From an uncultured bacterium (lineage in GTDB: Bacteria; Methylomirabilota; Methylomirabilia; Methylomirabilales; CSP1-5): DNA of 64,000 nt. Position 1 is the first letter of the stretch. Every line of letters begins with the position of its first letter. This document shows positions 61,959 to 64,000 of this stretch, one piece after another. A program made the translations under genes and the position numbers. A model generated the notes under the pieces. The model had not been told where the DNA came from. It did not search any database and worked only from the letters and a program-made list of their open reading frames with translations. Location: the NCBI GenBank assembly GCA_964558395.1, contig CAZLDS010000003.1, positions 13,830 through 77,829 of the forward strand, in the 5' to 3' direction.

Positions 61959-64000
61959 ATGCAACCAAAGAATTGGGCGCCCAATGTGTTCTTAGGGCTC
62001 AGCTCTGGAGCCCTGACAGTTGTGCAGAGTATCACAATGGCCGCCCTTATCTTTTCCGGCGAGCAGTCAGCTCATCTCGCCGCCGGCATCGGCATGGCTC
62101 TCATTGGTGCGTGTCTCGTTGGCGGAATCGTCGCATTGAAAGCGTCCTCTCCTCTGACCATCGCCGGTCCCCAATCGGCATCCTCGGTTATTATTGCCCT
62201 GAGCGTCTCGGTGATAGCCACGAGCCTTTCGTCCGTCGGCTCATCCGAGCAGATCTTTCCGACGGTCTTCGTGTTCATCGTTCTCACATCATTTCTTGTC
62301 GGACTATTTCTCTTTATCCTGGGGCGCTTTCGCCTGGGCAGCCTGATTCGCTTTGTCCCCTATCCGGTCGTAGGCGGCTTTCTGGCAGGTACCGGCTGGC
62401 TGCTGTGTGCTGGCTCGATAAGGGTTATGACCGGAGAAGCGTTACCTCTCGAAAAATTGCCGCGGCTTTTTCAATCTGATTGGCTCGTGCTCTGGCTCCC
62501 GGGTCTGATCTTTGGCTTCGTGTTGTTAGTAACGTTGCGGCTCTCGGACAGAATATGGGTAATGCCGTCGCTTCTACTGGGAGCTATCGTTCTGTTCTAT
62601 CTCACATTGTGGATAGGGAATATCTCCCTCGATCAAGCGAGCTCCCTGGGTATTGTCTTGGGCCCTTTTCCAGAAGGAGGACTGTGGCAGCCACCCAGTC
62701 TTTCCGCCCTGACTCAGGCGAACTGGGCTCTCTTGCTCGGGCAAACGGTGAGTGTCATGACCATCATGTTCGTCGTCGCTATTTCTCTGCTGCTTAATGC
62801 CACTGGGCTGGAGCTTGCCACCCAGAGTGATATCGATCTGGATCGGGAACTGCGTGCTGCGGGCATCGGAAATATCGCTGCAAGTCTCGGCGGTGGGCTG
62901 GTGGGTTTCCAATTCCTTGGGTTTTCGGTCTTGAACAGTAAGGCTGGCGCCAGCAGCCGACTTGTGGGCCTGTTGTCTGCCGCACTTTGCCCAGCGGCTC
63001 TCGTTTTAGGTGCTCCCCTCGTATCTTATTTCCCAAAGCCTGTTGTCGGAGGCATACTGTTATTTGTTGGTCTTTCCTTACTCATGGAATGGCTCTATGA
63101 CGGATGGGCGAAACTTCAACGTCCGGATTACTTCCTCGTCGTAACAATTCTTTTATTCATTGCGACTGTCGGATTTCTTGAAGGAGTGGGAATTGGTGTC
63201 CTGATCGCTACGGTTCTTTTTGCCGTGAATTACTCTCGTGTCGATGTGATGAAACACGTGCTTTCAGGTGAAACCCACCGCAGCAATGTGGAACGCCCCG
63301 AAAGTCAGCAAGAATTGCTCCAGAAAAAGGGAGGACAGATATTCATCCTCAGGCTGTACGGGTTCCTCTTCTTTGGAAGTGCCAACACGCTTTTCGAAAA
63401 AATACGCCAGCACATAGATGCGCGTAGGCGGGGGGAGGAACCGGTTCGATACATCGTGCTGGATTTTCAATTGGTCAAAGGCCTGGATTCTTCGGCTGTC
63501 CTCAGCTTTACGAAGCTGGAACAACTGGCGCAAGCCAAACATATGGCTTTAGTGTTTACGAATACGTCCGGGAATGTCCATCGCCGACTGGTGCAGGCAG
63601 GGTTTTTTGAGGCCGTCGACGGCGTCTCATATTCCTTTCCGGATCTTGATCGAGGGGTGGAATGGTGTGAGGACAAAATTCTAGAATCTCAAGATGTGAC
63701 GAAAGCGGGACCACCTTCCTTTTCAACGCTGCTCAGTGAGATCTTTCCGGGACGGGAAGATCGTGCCACGCACTTTGTCTCGTTCCTTGACAAAATGGAA
63801 GTACCATCCGGACATTTTGTTTTTCACCAGGGAGAGCCAGCGGGGGATCTCTACTTCATTGCGTCGGGGCAGCTGTCGGCTCTGCTAGAATCTGGAGGGG
63901 GAGAACCTATCCGATTGCGTACGATGGGGAGTGGCGTCCTGGTGGGCGAAATGGGCCTCTATACCGCTGCGGCCCGCTCCGCATCCGTCAGGGCCGAGGA
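61959..64000 (+). CDS. SulP-family anion transporter fused to STAS and cyclic-nucleotide-binding domains (3' end outside the window)
   Basis: The frame from ATG 61959 is open to the window end (680 codons) and is therefore absent from the ORF track. It has TM-rich SulP core motifs (RFVPYPVVGGFLAGTG, GNIAASLGGG), a STAS domain (IFILRLYGFLFFGSAN...VLDF..V.G.DSSA) and a cNMP domain (GEPAGDLYFIASGQ......G.LVGEMGL......RSASVRA). Confidence 0.85.
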   Translation, partial: MQPKNWAPNVFLGLSSGALTVVQSITMAALIFSGEQSAHLAAGIGMALIGACLVGGIVALKASSPLTIAGPQSASSVIIALSVSVIATSLSSVGSSEQIFPTVFVFIVLTSFLVGLFLFILGRFRLGSLIRFVPYPVVGGFLAGTGWLLCAGSIRVMTGEALPLEKLPRLFQSDWLVLWLPGLIFGFVLLVTLRLSDRIWVMPSLLLGAIVLFYLTLWIGNISLDQASSLGIVLGPFPEGGLWQPPSLSALTQANWALLLGQTVSVMTIMFVVAISLLLNATGLELATQSDIDLDRELRAAGIGNIAASLGGGLVGFQFLGFSVLNSKAGASSRLVGLLSAALCPAALVLGAPLVSYFPKPVVGGILLFVGLSLLMEWLYDGWAKLQRPDYFLVVTILLFIATVGFLEGVGIGVLIATVLFAVNYSRVDVMKHVLSGETHRSNVERPESQQELLQKKGGQIFILRLYGFLFFGSANTLFEKIRQHIDARRRGEEPVRYIVLDFQLVKGLDSSAVLSFTKLEQLAQAKHMALVFTNTSGNVHRRLVQAGFFEAVDGVSYSFPDLDRGVEWCEDKILESQDVTKAGPPSFSTLLSEIFPGREDRATHFVSFLDKMEVPSGHFVFHQGEPAGDLYFIASGQLSALLESGGGEPIRLRTMGSGVLVGEMGLYTAAARSASVRAE

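Noticed and set aside
61973-62797. Track ORFs 61973-62479 and 62480-62797 (+), and 62574-63036 (-).
   Set aside because: They are out of frame with the 680-codon open frame from ATG 61959, which encodes a recognisable SulP-STAS-cNMP protein. Their translations are Arg/Ser-rich nonsense.

Overview
The window is a high-GC chromosomal segment from a diderm bacterium (lpxC, lolA and an RND efflux pump are present). I cannot determine the lineage from sequence alone. About 90% of it is co-directional housekeeping operons on the + strand:
- murA-hisG-hisD-hisB-hisH-hisA-hisF-hisIE
- rpsU-yqeY-mutS2-dnaG-rpoD, followed by a tRNA(CAU)
- DUF164 zinc ribbon, RNase H, DciA-like protein and lpxC
- an NtrY/NtrX-like two-component pair, a HAMP protein and an M48 peptidase
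- galU, lon, rnj, ftsK, lolA, a GAF-GGDEF cyclase, pgpA, cinA, thpR and a glycerate kinase
- ffh-rpsP-KH-rimM-trmD-rplS-rnhB-yraN
- a tetR-MFP-RND efflux operon
- glgA-glgC and comM

Only two genes are convincingly on the minus strand: a CspA-type cold-shock gene with a long leader, and a PilZ gene. I saw no rRNA, CRISPR array, IS element, integrase or prophage.

I cannot point to a convincing new multi-gene system. The structure that the gene map leaves unexplained is a set of heptanucleotide (period-7) tandem-repeat families. Each is usually arranged as a left array plus a reverse-complement right array (a hairpin element). The core motifs are GTTCAnn/nnTGAAC, GTCAGC/GCTGAY, GAGACTG/GTCTC, GTCCTSA and CCSACGA. 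They fill most intergenic spacers. More unusually, they also lie in frame inside hisF (69 nt, 23 extra residues) and hisH, and one supplies the rnj stop codon and the ftsK start codon.

Two AT-richer accessory patches (about 50.1-52.8 kb and 57.3-64 kb) hold orphan or decayed genes:
- a self-contained unit for a 93-aa protein with a protamine-like poly-arginine tail
- an orphan solute-binding protein convergent with a PilZ gene
- a gene-free stretch of about 570 nt
- a truncated ABC permease
- a stand-alone LigD phosphoesterase domain
- a translationally coupled VOC/P450 pair
- a GerW-family protein
- a SulP-STAS-cNMP transporter that runs off the window end

Other oddities:
- trmD has no canonical start codon for its conserved N-terminus
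- two apparent homopolymer frameshifts
- a 22-bp perfect palindrome on the tetR start codon
- a perfect 20-bp tandem duplication across a stop codon

All product calls rest on motif recognition by eye. Nothing was searched against a database.
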